64,000 nucleotides of DNA from assembly GCA_014238965.1 (NCBI GenBank), contig JABAAC010000053.1, forward strand, positions 8,284 through 72,283, written 5' to 3'. The position numbers and the translations under genes are program-made. The stretch's first letter is position 1. Every line of letters begins with the position of its first letter. The notes under the pieces were generated by a model. The model was not told where the DNA came from. It was given only the letters and a program-made list of their open reading frames with translations, and searched no databases. This DNA comes from Phycisphaerales bacterium. Lineage in GTDB: Bacteria; Planctomycetota; Phycisphaerae; Phycisphaerales; SM1A02. Shown here piece by piece: positions 55,713 through 64,000 of the stretch.

Positions 55713-56839
55713 GCCACACCGCAGCAAGCCAGAATCTCAAGGCCGGGTCCTTTGTCTTAATTGGTATTGCGTTGACAATCGCCGTGATCTTCATCTTGAG
55801 CAATGCTTGGGGGGCGATGTTCGGTGATCGAAAAGTCAGCTATACGGTGGTCTATCCGGTTGCTGATGGCGTCCATTATCTCTCGAAGGGTTCGGGAGTT
55901 CGGCTGGGCGGACTGCTCGTGGGAGGGATCGAAGCAGTTGTGCTTGATCACGAGCAGGATCCCGTGGAGCAAGTGAAGGTCACATTTTCGATTCCCGCGA
56001 ACCTAGAGCTCTACACGAATGCCCAAGTGATCGTGAGCAGCGCCTTGATCGGCAATATCAGCTATCTCAACATCGTGTCGGTGGGGTGGGGAAAGGGCAG
56101 CCAGCCCATGGGCGACAAGGGCACCGTGGGGACGCCTTTGATTGCAGGGGGCACACTGGCCGGAACCGTGTCTACGGGCATGATTGACATGATTTTGGGG
56201 ACTGCCGGTGCAGCAGATACGAACGCTACGTTGAGCAACATCGCGGCCATCACAGAAAAGTTGCGAGGTGATGGTGAGTTGTTGCCATGGGCAATCGGAG
56301 ACGTGCCAGCGCAGTCGTTCTCCCAAGGCATCAATGCAATGGGCAGAACGATGCAGAAGCTGGAATCAAATGGCGAAGTGCTCAAGTGGGCACTTGGCGA
56401 TTCGTCGGCGGCAAATGTTGGATCGTCGCTTACTGCTGTTCAACAGACGCTGACTTCACTTGAGGGGCACTGGCCTTTGTGGTCTTCAGCAGTGGGATCC
56501 ACGCTAGCAAACCTTGACTTGTCGGGGCAGCAACTCAATTTGATGATGAAGGAGTTGCGAACAAGTCCATGGCGGTTGCTGTATCGACCAACTCAAGCAG
56601 AGGCATCGAACGAGTTGTTGTTTGAAGCATCGCGGAACTTTGTTTTCGGCGCAGCAGATTTACGAAGTGCGGCCAAGAGCATGGACCGCTTGCTCGAAGC
56701 GCACGGCGATGCTGCAGAGAGCTCGCCTGCGTTTGCATTGCTTAAGGACAATTTGCTTCAAGCAGCTAGCCGCTACGAACACGCGCAGCAGCAACTTGAA
56801 CAGATTCTCAAGGCAACCAAGGCAAACGCGGCGCCGTGA
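55709..56839 (+). CDS. MlaD/MCE-family substrate-binding membrane protein
   Basis: N-terminal TM (GSFVLIGIALTIAVIFIL) followed by an MCE-like beta domain (VSYTVVYPVADGVHYLSKGSGVRLGGLLVGGI) and a helical tail. Confidence 0.65.
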   Translation: MSHTAASQNLKAGSFVLIGIALTIAVIFILSNAWGAMFGDRKVSYTVVYPVADGVHYLSKGSGVRLGGLLVGGIEAVVLDHEQDPVEQVKVTFSIPANLELYTNAQVIVSSALIGNISYLNIVSVGWGKGSQPMGDKGTVGTPLIAGGTLAGTVSTGMIDMILGTAGAADTNATLSNIAAITEKLRGDGELLPWAIGDVPAQSFSQGINAMGRTMQKLESNGEVLKWALGDSSAANVGSSLTAVQQTLTSLEGHWPLWSSAVGSTLANLDLSGQQLNLMMKELRTSPWRLLYRPTQAEASNELLFEASRNFVFGAADLRSAAKSMDRLLEAHGDAAESSPAFALLKDNLLQAASRYEHAQQQLEQILKATKANAAP

Positions 56840-57657
56840 ACGGGCCGCATGCGGTGGAATCGGACGACGATCCACGGATTGATGTCTTTCGTGATGTGCG
56901 AGACCGCGACCTGCGTGGGCGTGATGGCATATTCATGGCCGAGTCGGAGCTTGTCGTGCGGCGATTGCTACGCACGCCCGAGCGATTGCACAGCCTGTTG
57001 TTGTCACCGCCACGCTTGGAGGCCATGGGGGATGTGCTTTGTGACATTCCTGAATCGCTTCCCGTGTACGTGGCGCCGTTGTCCATCATGGAATCGATTG
57101 CGGGCTTTCACATTCACCGTGGGGTGTTGGCTGCCGGCGTGCGGCCATCAGCGAGCGATCTTGCAAGTACGCCGTTCATTGATGCCTTGCCAGCAACGGG
57201 GCCATGCCTTGTCCTTGCGGCTGCCGGAATCACCAATGTTGACAACATGGGTGGGCTTTTTAGGGTGGCTGCAGCCTTTGGTGCAGCGGGCGTGCTGCTC
57301 GATGGTGCCTGTTGCGACCCGCTGTATCGCAAGGCAATCCGAGTATCCATGGGGCACTCCTTGTCGGTGCGCTTTGCCGTGGCTGAGGACTTACCTAAGG
57401 CCATCTCGGGGCTTCAGGCAAGGGCCTTGCCTACCTGTGCCATGGAGTCCCACGTAGGGGCGGCAACGTTGTGCGATATCTCGCTTGGCGAGCGGGCAGT
57501 CATTCTTGTGGGCAATGAGGGCAAGGGCTTAAGCGATGCATTGCTTGAGGCTGCCGATTCGGTGGCTGAAATTCCCATGGCACCGGGCGTGCCCTCGGTA
57601 AACGTCGTTTGCGCAGCAAGCATCGCCTTGTGGGAACGCAGCCGGGGCCTTTCCTGA
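56836..57657 (+). CDS. SpoU/TrmH-family RNA 2'-O-methyltransferase
   Basis: NVDNMGGLFRVAAAFG, ILVGNEGKGLS and IPMAPGVPSVNVVCAASIALWE motifs. GTGA overlap upstream. Confidence 0.75.
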   Translation: MNGPHAVESDDDPRIDVFRDVRDRDLRGRDGIFMAESELVVRRLLRTPERLHSLLLSPPRLEAMGDVLCDIPESLPVYVAPLSIMESIAGFHIHRGVLAAGVRPSASDLASTPFIDALPATGPCLVLAAAGITNVDNMGGLFRVAAAFGAAGVLLDGACCDPLYRKAIRVSMGHSLSVRFAVAEDLPKAISGLQARALPTCAMESHVGAATLCDISLGERAVILVGNEGKGLSDALLEAADSVAEIPMAPGVPSVNVVCAASIALWERSRGLS

Positions 57658-57723
57658 CCCAAGGGTCGTAGGCCAATGGCAGAACAAACCCACGGCGCTA
57701 CGTAGCCCTTCGTGGTTGCCCTT

Positions 57724-59016
57724 TTAGGTTGGTCCGCCATCGAAGCGTTCGATGGCTGCGCCCAGTGAGGCAAGTTGCCGCTCAAGGCCGAGATAGCCTC
57801 TATCGAGGTGGTAGATTCGCCGAATGAGCGTTTCGCCACGGGCGGCGAGGCCCGCCAGCACAAGGGCTGCCGAGCCACGCAAGTCGCTTGCCATCACTGG
57901 TGCGCCGATGAGTTCGTCAACACCCTGCACCACAACAGTGGGCCCCTGGCGAATGAGTGTCGCGCCCATGCGGGTGAGTTCGGGCACGTGCAAAAAGCGA
58001 TCTGGGTAGATCTTCTCCGTCACGATGCTATTGCCATCAGCGAGGCACAACAGGCTCATGACCTGGGCTTGTAAGTCGGTTGGGAATCCAGGGTGCGGTT
58101 GGGTCGTGAACAGAATGGGTTTCAGTCGCCGATCCGTGGAAATAGTGACCGTGCATGCATCGGCGGGCTCGGATTCATCGCTTCGCTGGACATGTACGCC
58201 AGCCTCTGACAGCCTGTCAAGTGCTGCAACAAGGTGGTCGGCGGGGAATCGTTCAAGCGTGACATCACCGTTGGTAATTGCCGCTGCCACAGCAAGCGTG
58301 CCAGCGACGATACGGTCGGGCATGATTTCCATGTCAATGCCCGAAAGTGAATCGACGCCACGCACGTGGATGCGGGGTGTTCCTTCGCCGGAAATGTCTG
58401 CACCCATTGCCCGCAGCATCTTCGCAACAAACGCGACCTCAGGCTCGCACGCGGCGGATTCGATAATGGTCTCGCCCTCGGCACGAACCGCTGCACAAAG
58501 CACATTGGCTGTGCCAAGTACTGTTGAACCGAATGGGCCGCCCATGAAGACGGTTGTGCCTCGAAGCTTGTCTGCACGCACCACCATGTCGCCACTTTCC
58601 AAGGTGACAGTTGCGCCGAGCGCTTGGAGCCCCCGAAGGTGGAGGTCGACAGGGCGATCACCAATTGCGCAGCCGCCGGGCATGGCCACTCTGGCTTCGC
58701 CTCGTGCGGCAAGCAATGGTCCGAGTGTGCAGATACTTGCGCGCATCGTTCGGACAATGTCGTAGGGTGCGTGGATGCGTGAGGGATCGGTCGTTTCGAT
58801 CGTGACGGTTGCGCCGTCTACATCAACGGTGCAGCCCAACTCGCTGAGCAGCCGAGTCATGTTGATCGTGTCCTCGAGCATTGGTACACCACGAAGCGTT
58901 ACGGGCCCATCGGCAAGTAGCGCAGCGGCTAACGCCGGCAAGGCGGCATTTTTCGAGCCGTCAACTCGTAATGTGCCGGTGAGCCTTCGGCCTCCTCTGA
59001 TGCGCAGTGCGTCCAT
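57724..59016 (-). CDS. murA: UDP-N-acetylglucosamine 1-carboxyvinyltransferase
   Basis: MDALRIRGGRRLTGTLRVDGSKNAALPALAAALLADGPVTLRGVP N-terminus, the CAIGDRPVD loop with the active-site Cys, and FPTDLQAQ. Confidence 0.9.
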   Translation of the reverse strand: MDALRIRGGRRLTGTLRVDGSKNAALPALAAALLADGPVTLRGVPMLEDTINMTRLLSELGCTVDVDGATVTIETTDPSRIHAPYDIVRTMRASICTLGPLLAARGEARVAMPGGCAIGDRPVDLHLRGLQALGATVTLESGDMVVRADKLRGTTVFMGGPFGSTVLGTANVLCAAVRAEGETIIESAACEPEVAFVAKMLRAMGADISGEGTPRIHVRGVDSLSGIDMEIMPDRIVAGTLAVAAAITNGDVTLERFPADHLVAALDRLSEAGVHVQRSDESEPADACTVTISTDRRLKPILFTTQPHPGFPTDLQAQVMSLLCLADGNSIVTEKIYPDRFLHVPELTRMGATLIRQGPTVVVQGVDELIGAPVMASDLRGSAALVLAGLAARGETLIRRIYHLDRGYLGLERQLASLGAAIERFDGGPT

Positions 59017-59157
59017 GCTGCCAAACTCCTCGTGCCAAGTGGAACAGGTGGTGTGACCGGTCAGTCAAGGTGGCTTTCCGACACAGATACCTTTGTGGGT
59101 GCGAATGCGAATCGTACGGTCTCGGGGTCGGAGGCGGATTCCGACAGAGGTAAACTC

Positions 59158-60057
59158 ATGTTCAGTATTGCTCCGCGTACCACATTTCTCCTTTTACTCG
59201 CCGCTGGATTCAGCATGCCCGCTGGGGCGATGGGCCAGCAAGGGCCTGCCACAATTCAGCTCACCGGCACCGTTCGGGACTTCTACGAACGCACTGCAAG
59301 TCCACCGGGCTGCCTTCGGGCTCACCCTGACTTTGAGCAGGTCCCTGACCATGGATACGGTCTCTATTGCGGGAACATCGATATAGCCCTTGACAGCCAC
59401 GGGAAGCCGGTATTCAACGGCAATGGCTTTAAGGTTCTGCAACAAGCGACCGACTCACAAGGACGGCCCATTTGCTGGGCGCTCGTTGATTCGGCTCTCG
59501 GGGACACCGCAGAAGTTCGCGGTGACGAGGATGCTGGTGGCATTCTCAGTTGGCGGAGCTTTAAGCGATGGTTCCGCGATCGGCCGCGATGGAATCTCTC
59601 CCAGCCCTTAACGCTGACATTCAATCGTGAGTCCGATGGGTCGTATGTGTTCGATGACACCATTGATCCCAATTACCAGTCACTGGGGGGGTTCTTTCCC
59701 ATCGAAAATCAACTGTTTGGAAATCCTGGCGGATCTCCGGATCGGAATTTCCACTTCACATTCGAGTTACAAACTGAGTTCACCTATGACGATAGTGCCC
59801 AGAACACATTTGAGTTCATAGGCGACGATGATGTGTGGGTCTTCGTTGATGGCCAATTGGTCATCGATCTTGGTGGCGTTCATGGGGCAAGTAGCCAGTA
59901 CGCCGACTTGAATCGCCTTGGTCTTGAAGATGGTCAGACATACAGTCTGCACTTCTTCTTTGCGGAGCGGCACCGGACCCAATCCAACTTCCGCATCGTC
60001 ACCAACCTTCAGTTGGGCTGCCCGGATCCGCCGCCGATGACCGCGGCATTCGACTGA
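59158..60057 (+). CDS. fibro-slime / PA14-like domain secreted protein
   Basis: GGFFPIENQLFGN, FHFTFELQTEFTY, FEFIGDDDVWVFVDGQLVIDLGGVHG and FFFAERHRTQSNFRI match the fibro-slime domain pattern. Signal peptide from ATG 59158, preceded by AGAGG. Confidence 0.7.
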   Translation: MFSIAPRTTFLLLLAAGFSMPAGAMGQQGPATIQLTGTVRDFYERTASPPGCLRAHPDFEQVPDHGYGLYCGNIDIALDSHGKPVFNGNGFKVLQQATDSQGRPICWALVDSALGDTAEVRGDEDAGGILSWRSFKRWFRDRPRWNLSQPLTLTFNRESDGSYVFDDTIDPNYQSLGGFFPIENQLFGNPGGSPDRNFHFTFELQTEFTYDDSAQNTFEFIGDDDVWVFVDGQLVIDLGGVHGASSQYADLNRLGLEDGQTYSLHFFFAERHRTQSNFRIVTNLQLGCPDPPPMTAAFD

Positions 60058-60179
60058 GTGCTTTACGTTTCCCTACGGTCACGCCATCTTGAGAACATTG
60101 GACGCCGTGCTCCTGAACGAGTGCGGCGTTCAGTGTGTCTGAGACTGCCTGTAACGCGCCAGCCCGTTATGCTTCGGGC

Positions 60180-61106
60180 ATGCCCGACCCAACGCTTCCC
60201 GACGTTCAAATGAATCTTGTTCGCCCCAAGGAGCCGGTCATTGGTCGGCTCGTGGGTTCAGAGTCATGCATGAAAGGTCGCAGCGCCTCATTTGTGCGCC
60301 ACGTTGATATCGACGTTTCGGGCACACCGCTGGAAGGCAACTTCAGAGCCGGCCAAGCCTTCGGCGTCGTCCCCCCTGGCTGCACAGCACAGGGCAAGCC
60401 GCACTCGGTTCGACTGTATTCCATCGCATCACCCAGCTGGGGCGAAGACGGCGAAGGCAAGGTGCTTTCAACGACTGTCAAACGCGTTATCGATGAACGT
60501 GACACGGACGATGCACAGGTCCACGACCTGTTTCTAGGTGTCTGCAGCAATTGGCTGTGCGATATTGCTCTTGACGCAGAAGTCCCTGTCACTGGGCCAA
60601 GTGGTAAGCGATTCTTGTTGCCTGAGCGTCCCAACGATCACAACTACGTTTTTGTCGCAACGGGCACGGGCATTGCGCCGTTTCGCGGCATGGTGAAGGA
60701 ACTGCTCGAACACCCCGATGGCCCTTGCACTTCACAGATTCATCTCGCACTAGGCGTGCCCTACGGCACTGACCTTATGTACGACGATCTGTTTACAACA
60801 CTGGCTCAGTCGCACGATAACTTTCACTATCACACGGCAATCAGCCGGCCTGAAACGGGCAAGCGACGGTATGTGGACCGCGTCATCGTAGAGAGCGAAG
60901 CTATCACTGCGTTACTTGCCAACGAGCGTACGCTGCTGTACATCTGCGGTCTCAAAGGCATGGAAGATGGCATCTATCGACATTTACTCGAGCAGGGCAT
61001 CGTGGATCAGTACCTCAATTGGCCAGATGACATCCCACGCGAGCCAAGTAACGTCAGTGAGCGTAAGGTGCGAGCGGGAGCACGCTGTATGGTTGAGGTG
61101 TATTGA
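60180..61106 (+). CDS. plant-type ferredoxin--NADP+ reductase
   Basis: RLYSIASP FAD-binding motif, ATGTGIAPFRG NADP motif, C-terminal MVEVY. Start at ATG 60180; the track GTG is at 60135. Confidence 0.8.
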   Translation: MPDPTLPDVQMNLVRPKEPVIGRLVGSESCMKGRSASFVRHVDIDVSGTPLEGNFRAGQAFGVVPPGCTAQGKPHSVRLYSIASPSWGEDGEGKVLSTTVKRVIDERDTDDAQVHDLFLGVCSNWLCDIALDAEVPVTGPSGKRFLLPERPNDHNYVFVATGTGIAPFRGMVKELLEHPDGPCTSQIHLALGVPYGTDLMYDDLFTTLAQSHDNFHYHTAISRPETGKRRYVDRVIVESEAITALLANERTLLYICGLKGMEDGIYRHLLEQGIVDQYLNWPDDIPREPSNVSERKVRAGARCMVEVY

Positions 61107-61135
61107 CTAGGGGCTAGCGTCCCATGAGGTGACCG

Positions 61136-61243
61136 CTAGTCATCTGTCGGTGGTGTTGCATCGCCTTGGCCTTGTAAGAGGCGCCACACGAGCAGGCCAA
61201 CAGCCGCCATGCCCATCGTGATGACAATGCCCCAGAGGATCAT
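61136..61243 (-). CDS. candidate 35-aa single-TM micro-protein, translationally coupled to the S41 protease gene
   Basis: Below the ORF-track cutoff. Hand translation: MILWGIVITMGMAAVGLLVWRLLQGQGDATPPTDD then TAG. Its ATG overlaps the protease TGA (AAATGATCC, ATGA at 61243-61240). Confidence 0.35.
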   Translation of the reverse strand: MILWGIVITMGMAAVGLLVWRLLQGQGDATPPTDD

Positions 61244-64000
61244 TTGGCGGGCTTGGGCTGAACGCTCGTGGTAGGCCCAGGTACGTTACGCAACAGTGTT
61301 CGAACAGCCGCATCAAGTTGCGCATCTTCACCGGTTGCTTCATGCACAGGTGTTCGCTCGACAATGAGATCAGGCACTGCACCGCGACTTTCCATGTCCG
61401 TGCCATCAGGTAGGTACCAGCCCCGAAATGGCTCGCGTACGGTTGTTCCGTCGATCAATCTGAATGCACCCGTTGAAATGACACCCCCGAATGTTTCCTG
61501 TCCGATTAGGGTGCCGCGCTTTGCTGTTTGAATGGCATGGCTGAAGATCTCGGCGTTGGAGAATGAGTTTTCATTGCAAAGGACAACAATTGGGCGACTG
61601 TACGCATACAACAACCGGCGATCGCGAGGATACGTGTCGCTGCGAACCTTTGATACATCCGCGCCACGGGGGACGGTGTATGCATGCACCGGGGCTGTCA
61701 GACTCGAAAGCAGAATGTCGGTTGTGAATCCGCCGCCATTGTCGCGCACGTCAATGATCAGCCCATCTTTGTCATGGGCCGCTGCATACAGATCGCGTTC
61801 AAAGTCGTGTACCGATGGCATATTCATGCCGCGAATGTGCAAGTAGCCAAGTTGGCCATTGGATGCCTCGTCTACCTTGGTTTGCCGAGCAGCAATTTCA
61901 TCGCGATACCCCAAGTTCCGCCGCGCGGTGTAACTGACGGGTGTTAGCAACTCGATGCGATCGTCGCCATCACTGTTGCGAACATCAAGCACAGTTTCAA
62001 CGCCCGCGGTGTCACGCATCGCCTCACCAAGATCCACTTTGGGTAGCGAATCGTCACCATTGGCGAGGGGTTCATCATTAATCGCAATCAAGACATCGCC
62101 TGGCGACAAGCCGCCGTCCCGGCGGTCAGCAGGCCCGTCCGCGATCACGTTGAGCACTTCAAATCCGCCACGAACAGGCATGGTCTCGATGCCGAGGTAC
62201 CCAATGGACGTTCGGCCACCACCATCACTGAAGCCGCCATAGATGCCTGTATGTGACCCGTTTACTTCCCCGAAAAATTCGTTGACTACTCGGTTGAACG
62301 CCTGGCTCGTTCGGGTCTGCGCGGACAGATCACCGTACCGACTGGTTAACGCATTCCAGTCGAGTCCTTTCATGGTTGGGTGGTAGAAGCGACGCCCGAA
62401 CACTCTCGCAGTCTCGGCAAACTTTTGTCGCTGCTCTTTTGACACGTCAATGCGGGCACTGGCGTCAATGCCGCGGGTCTTTGCTGTGCCACCCGATGGC
62501 GACACGGTCTTGGCCTGGCTGCTGGACACCATGGACACTATTTTCCCAGTGGGGGTGCCTTGCACGCCGCTGACACTTCCTGTCAGGAGTTGCTTTCGGT
62601 CCTTGCCTTGCCAATCCGTTGCGTACAAGCCCTTTGTACCGTCAATGTCGGCACTAAAGACGACCTTCTTGCCATCGGGTGACAAGTACAAGTCGTCTTC
62701 GGATCCGTTGGCATCGCTGATTCGTTGCACGCGCTTCCAAGCGGTGTCCAAATCGGTGAACTCAAGCGGATCACGCGCTTCACGCGTATCGCCGTCCTCT
62801 AGTACGGCTAAGAGCTTCTTGCTCGATACAGCTTTGGCTGCATTGTCAAAGCGTTCGTCAAGTTCCCACGTAGGCAGGTCAAGTAGAGATGGGTCGAGCG
62901 CCATGGCATACACATCAAATTCGTAGTTGTGTCCAATGCGGCCCCGGTCGCTTAGAAATACAAGCAATGATCCATCGTCGCTGATGCGTGGTGCATGGTC
63001 GATGTCCGGGTGCTGCGTCAAGTTGACCGCCGTTGCGGGGCTTTCGACATCCATTAACCAGATATCACTGTTGAAGTCCAGATCATCAACGCTGTAGACA
63101 ATGTGGCGTCCGTCAGTGAGCCACTGCACATCGGGCTTGTTCCACGACTCAAGCAGCACGCGATCTTCGCCCGTTGCAAGATCTCGAAGCACAAGGTCGC
63201 CACGATCTCGCGTGTAGAGCAGCGATCGGCCATCTGGAGAGGGCTGTGGTCGGTACGCATCGAAGTCGCCCTCGATAAGCGTCTCATGATCGAAGCGCAG
63301 GCTTCCGCTCCATCGCTCGCCCGTCTTGTTTTTCTTCACGGGCTTCTTAGCATCCTTTGGGTCTTTCGCTTCTTCACCATCGGCATCATCTTCGGCAGGG
63401 TCATCACTCGTGGCAGGGGTGGTCTTCTGTAGCGGCTTAGCCTTGGCCTTGGGCTTGAGGATTGGCTTAGGTGTTACTTCCAAGCCATCTGGAGAGGCGC
63501 CTGCTTTGGGATTGGTTGTCACTTGTGTATCAGCGGTCGCATCCCCATCGCCAACGGGCTCGTTCTCAGTTGCCTCCTCTTCCTCTGGGGCAAGATCTTT
63601 TCGAGACAGGCGAACGGTTGCCATGCGAATGGTCTCGTGGCCGTCTTCATCTGTGCTGTAGTACAGCGTGTGGCCATCAGGTGACCATGCAATGTGCTGT
63701 TCGCGGGCGTGGCCACGCGTGACGCGCTGTGTGGGTGTGTCATCGCCCATCGAACGCACGAGCACTTCACCACGAGCAACGGTGGCCATTGCTTTGCCTG
63801 AGGGGTGCACGGTCGCCTCGCTGACCTTGCGATTGAGGGATTCTGTTCGCTTGGAGGCTGCTGCCATATCCGCTGAGGCATGTATTTCAATTGCCGTGGG
63901 GGCACTTCTGGCATTCAGGTCCATGTGTTGAAGGCCATCCCAGAGCACGAAGACTGCTGTTGAACCGTCAGCAGAGACGGCAAGGTCTCGCACGCCGTGG
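61240..64000 (-). CDS. tricorn-like S41 peptidase with beta-propeller and PDZ domains (5' end probably outside the window)
   Basis: TolB-like blades (IAWSPDGHTLYYSTDEDG; LYLSPDGKKVVFSADIDG), PDZ (GGLSPGDVLIAINDEPL) and S41 core (LIIDVRDNGGGFTTD; VVLCNENSFSNAEIFSHAIQ). The track start at 63993 is a GTG only 7 nt from the window edge, so it is probably internal. Confidence 0.75.
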   Translation of the reverse strand, partial: HGVRDLAVSADGSTAVFVLWDGLQHMDLNARSAPTAIEIHASADMAAASKRTESLNRKVSEATVHPSGKAMATVARGEVLVRSMGDDTPTQRVTRGHAREQHIAWSPDGHTLYYSTDEDGHETIRMATVRLSRKDLAPEEEEATENEPVGDGDATADTQVTTNPKAGASPDGLEVTPKPILKPKAKAKPLQKTTPATSDDPAEDDADGEEAKDPKDAKKPVKKNKTGERWSGSLRFDHETLIEGDFDAYRPQPSPDGRSLLYTRDRGDLVLRDLATGEDRVLLESWNKPDVQWLTDGRHIVYSVDDLDFNSDIWLMDVESPATAVNLTQHPDIDHAPRISDDGSLLVFLSDRGRIGHNYEFDVYAMALDPSLLDLPTWELDERFDNAAKAVSSKKLLAVLEDGDTREARDPLEFTDLDTAWKRVQRISDANGSEDDLYLSPDGKKVVFSADIDGTKGLYATDWQGKDRKQLLTGSVSGVQGTPTGKIVSMVSSSQAKTVSPSGGTAKTRGIDASARIDVSKEQRQKFAETARVFGRRFYHPTMKGLDWNALTSRYGDLSAQTRTSQAFNRVVNEFFGEVNGSHTGIYGGFSDGGGRTSIGYLGIETMPVRGGFEVLNVIADGPADRRDGGLSPGDVLIAINDEPLANGDDSLPKVDLGEAMRDTAGVETVLDVRNSDGDDRIELLTPVSYTARRNLGYRDEIAARQTKVDEASNGQLGYLHIRGMNMPSVHDFERDLYAAAHDKDGLIIDVRDNGGGFTTDILLSSLTAPVHAYTVPRGADVSKVRSDTYPRDRRLLYAYSRPIVVLCNENSFSNAEIFSHAIQTAKRGTLIGQETFGGVISTGAFRLIDGTTVREPFRGWYLPDGTDMESRGAVPDLIVERTPVHEATGEDAQLDAAVRTLLRNVPGPTTSVQPKPAK

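Overview
Dense chromosomal segment with about 49 protein genes, one tRNA-Pro and one sub-threshold micro-ORF. I found no transposase, integrase, CRISPR array or rRNA. Gene content points to the PVC superphylum, probably Planctomycetota and possibly Phycisphaerae-like (inference). The markers are a PSCyt1/DUF1549/DUF1553 protein, a PVC-type dehydrogenase/HEAT/cytochrome-c giant protein, Cys-type sulfatases, a PEP-CTERM protein and dockerin-like C-terminal tags. Layout: (i) 1-9616, sialidase / sulfatase / SGNH esterase glycan-degradation cluster. (ii) 10113-10778, PEP-CTERM protein. (iii) 11118-16668, a four-gene translationally coupled operon: ECF sigma, soluble anti-sigma-like protein, TPR-CHAT caspase-like protease and secreted S8 subtilase. 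This is my top candidate for an undescribed system, because it mirrors the Craspase(Csx29)-Csx30-RpoE logic of type III-E CRISPR loci but has no Cas or CRISPR component. (iv) 16953-26343, tRNA-Pro, housekeeping genes and B12-dependent RNR nrdJ, which has a sigma70-like promoter, three 31-bp-phased NrdR-like boxes and a leader of about 640 nt. (v) 26441-36086, uvrD-like helicase, queG, two secreted hypotheticals and a large NAD-GDH. (vi) 36141-50457, an 11-gene same-strand string from ribF and nrnA-like to a MoxR/DUF58/VWA (Bat-like) module; it contains an FbpA-like binding protein and a permease::NHL fusion but no ABC ATPase. (vii) 50470-64000, TPR-YggX fusion, pyrD, murD, two paralogous membrane proteins, an MlaF-like ATPase and MlaD-family protein without MlaE, a TrmH-like methyltransferase, murA, a fibro-slime protein, FNR and a tricorn-like S41 protease followed by a coupled 35-aa micro-ORF. 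All family assignments come from motifs read by eye in the translations. No database search was run.
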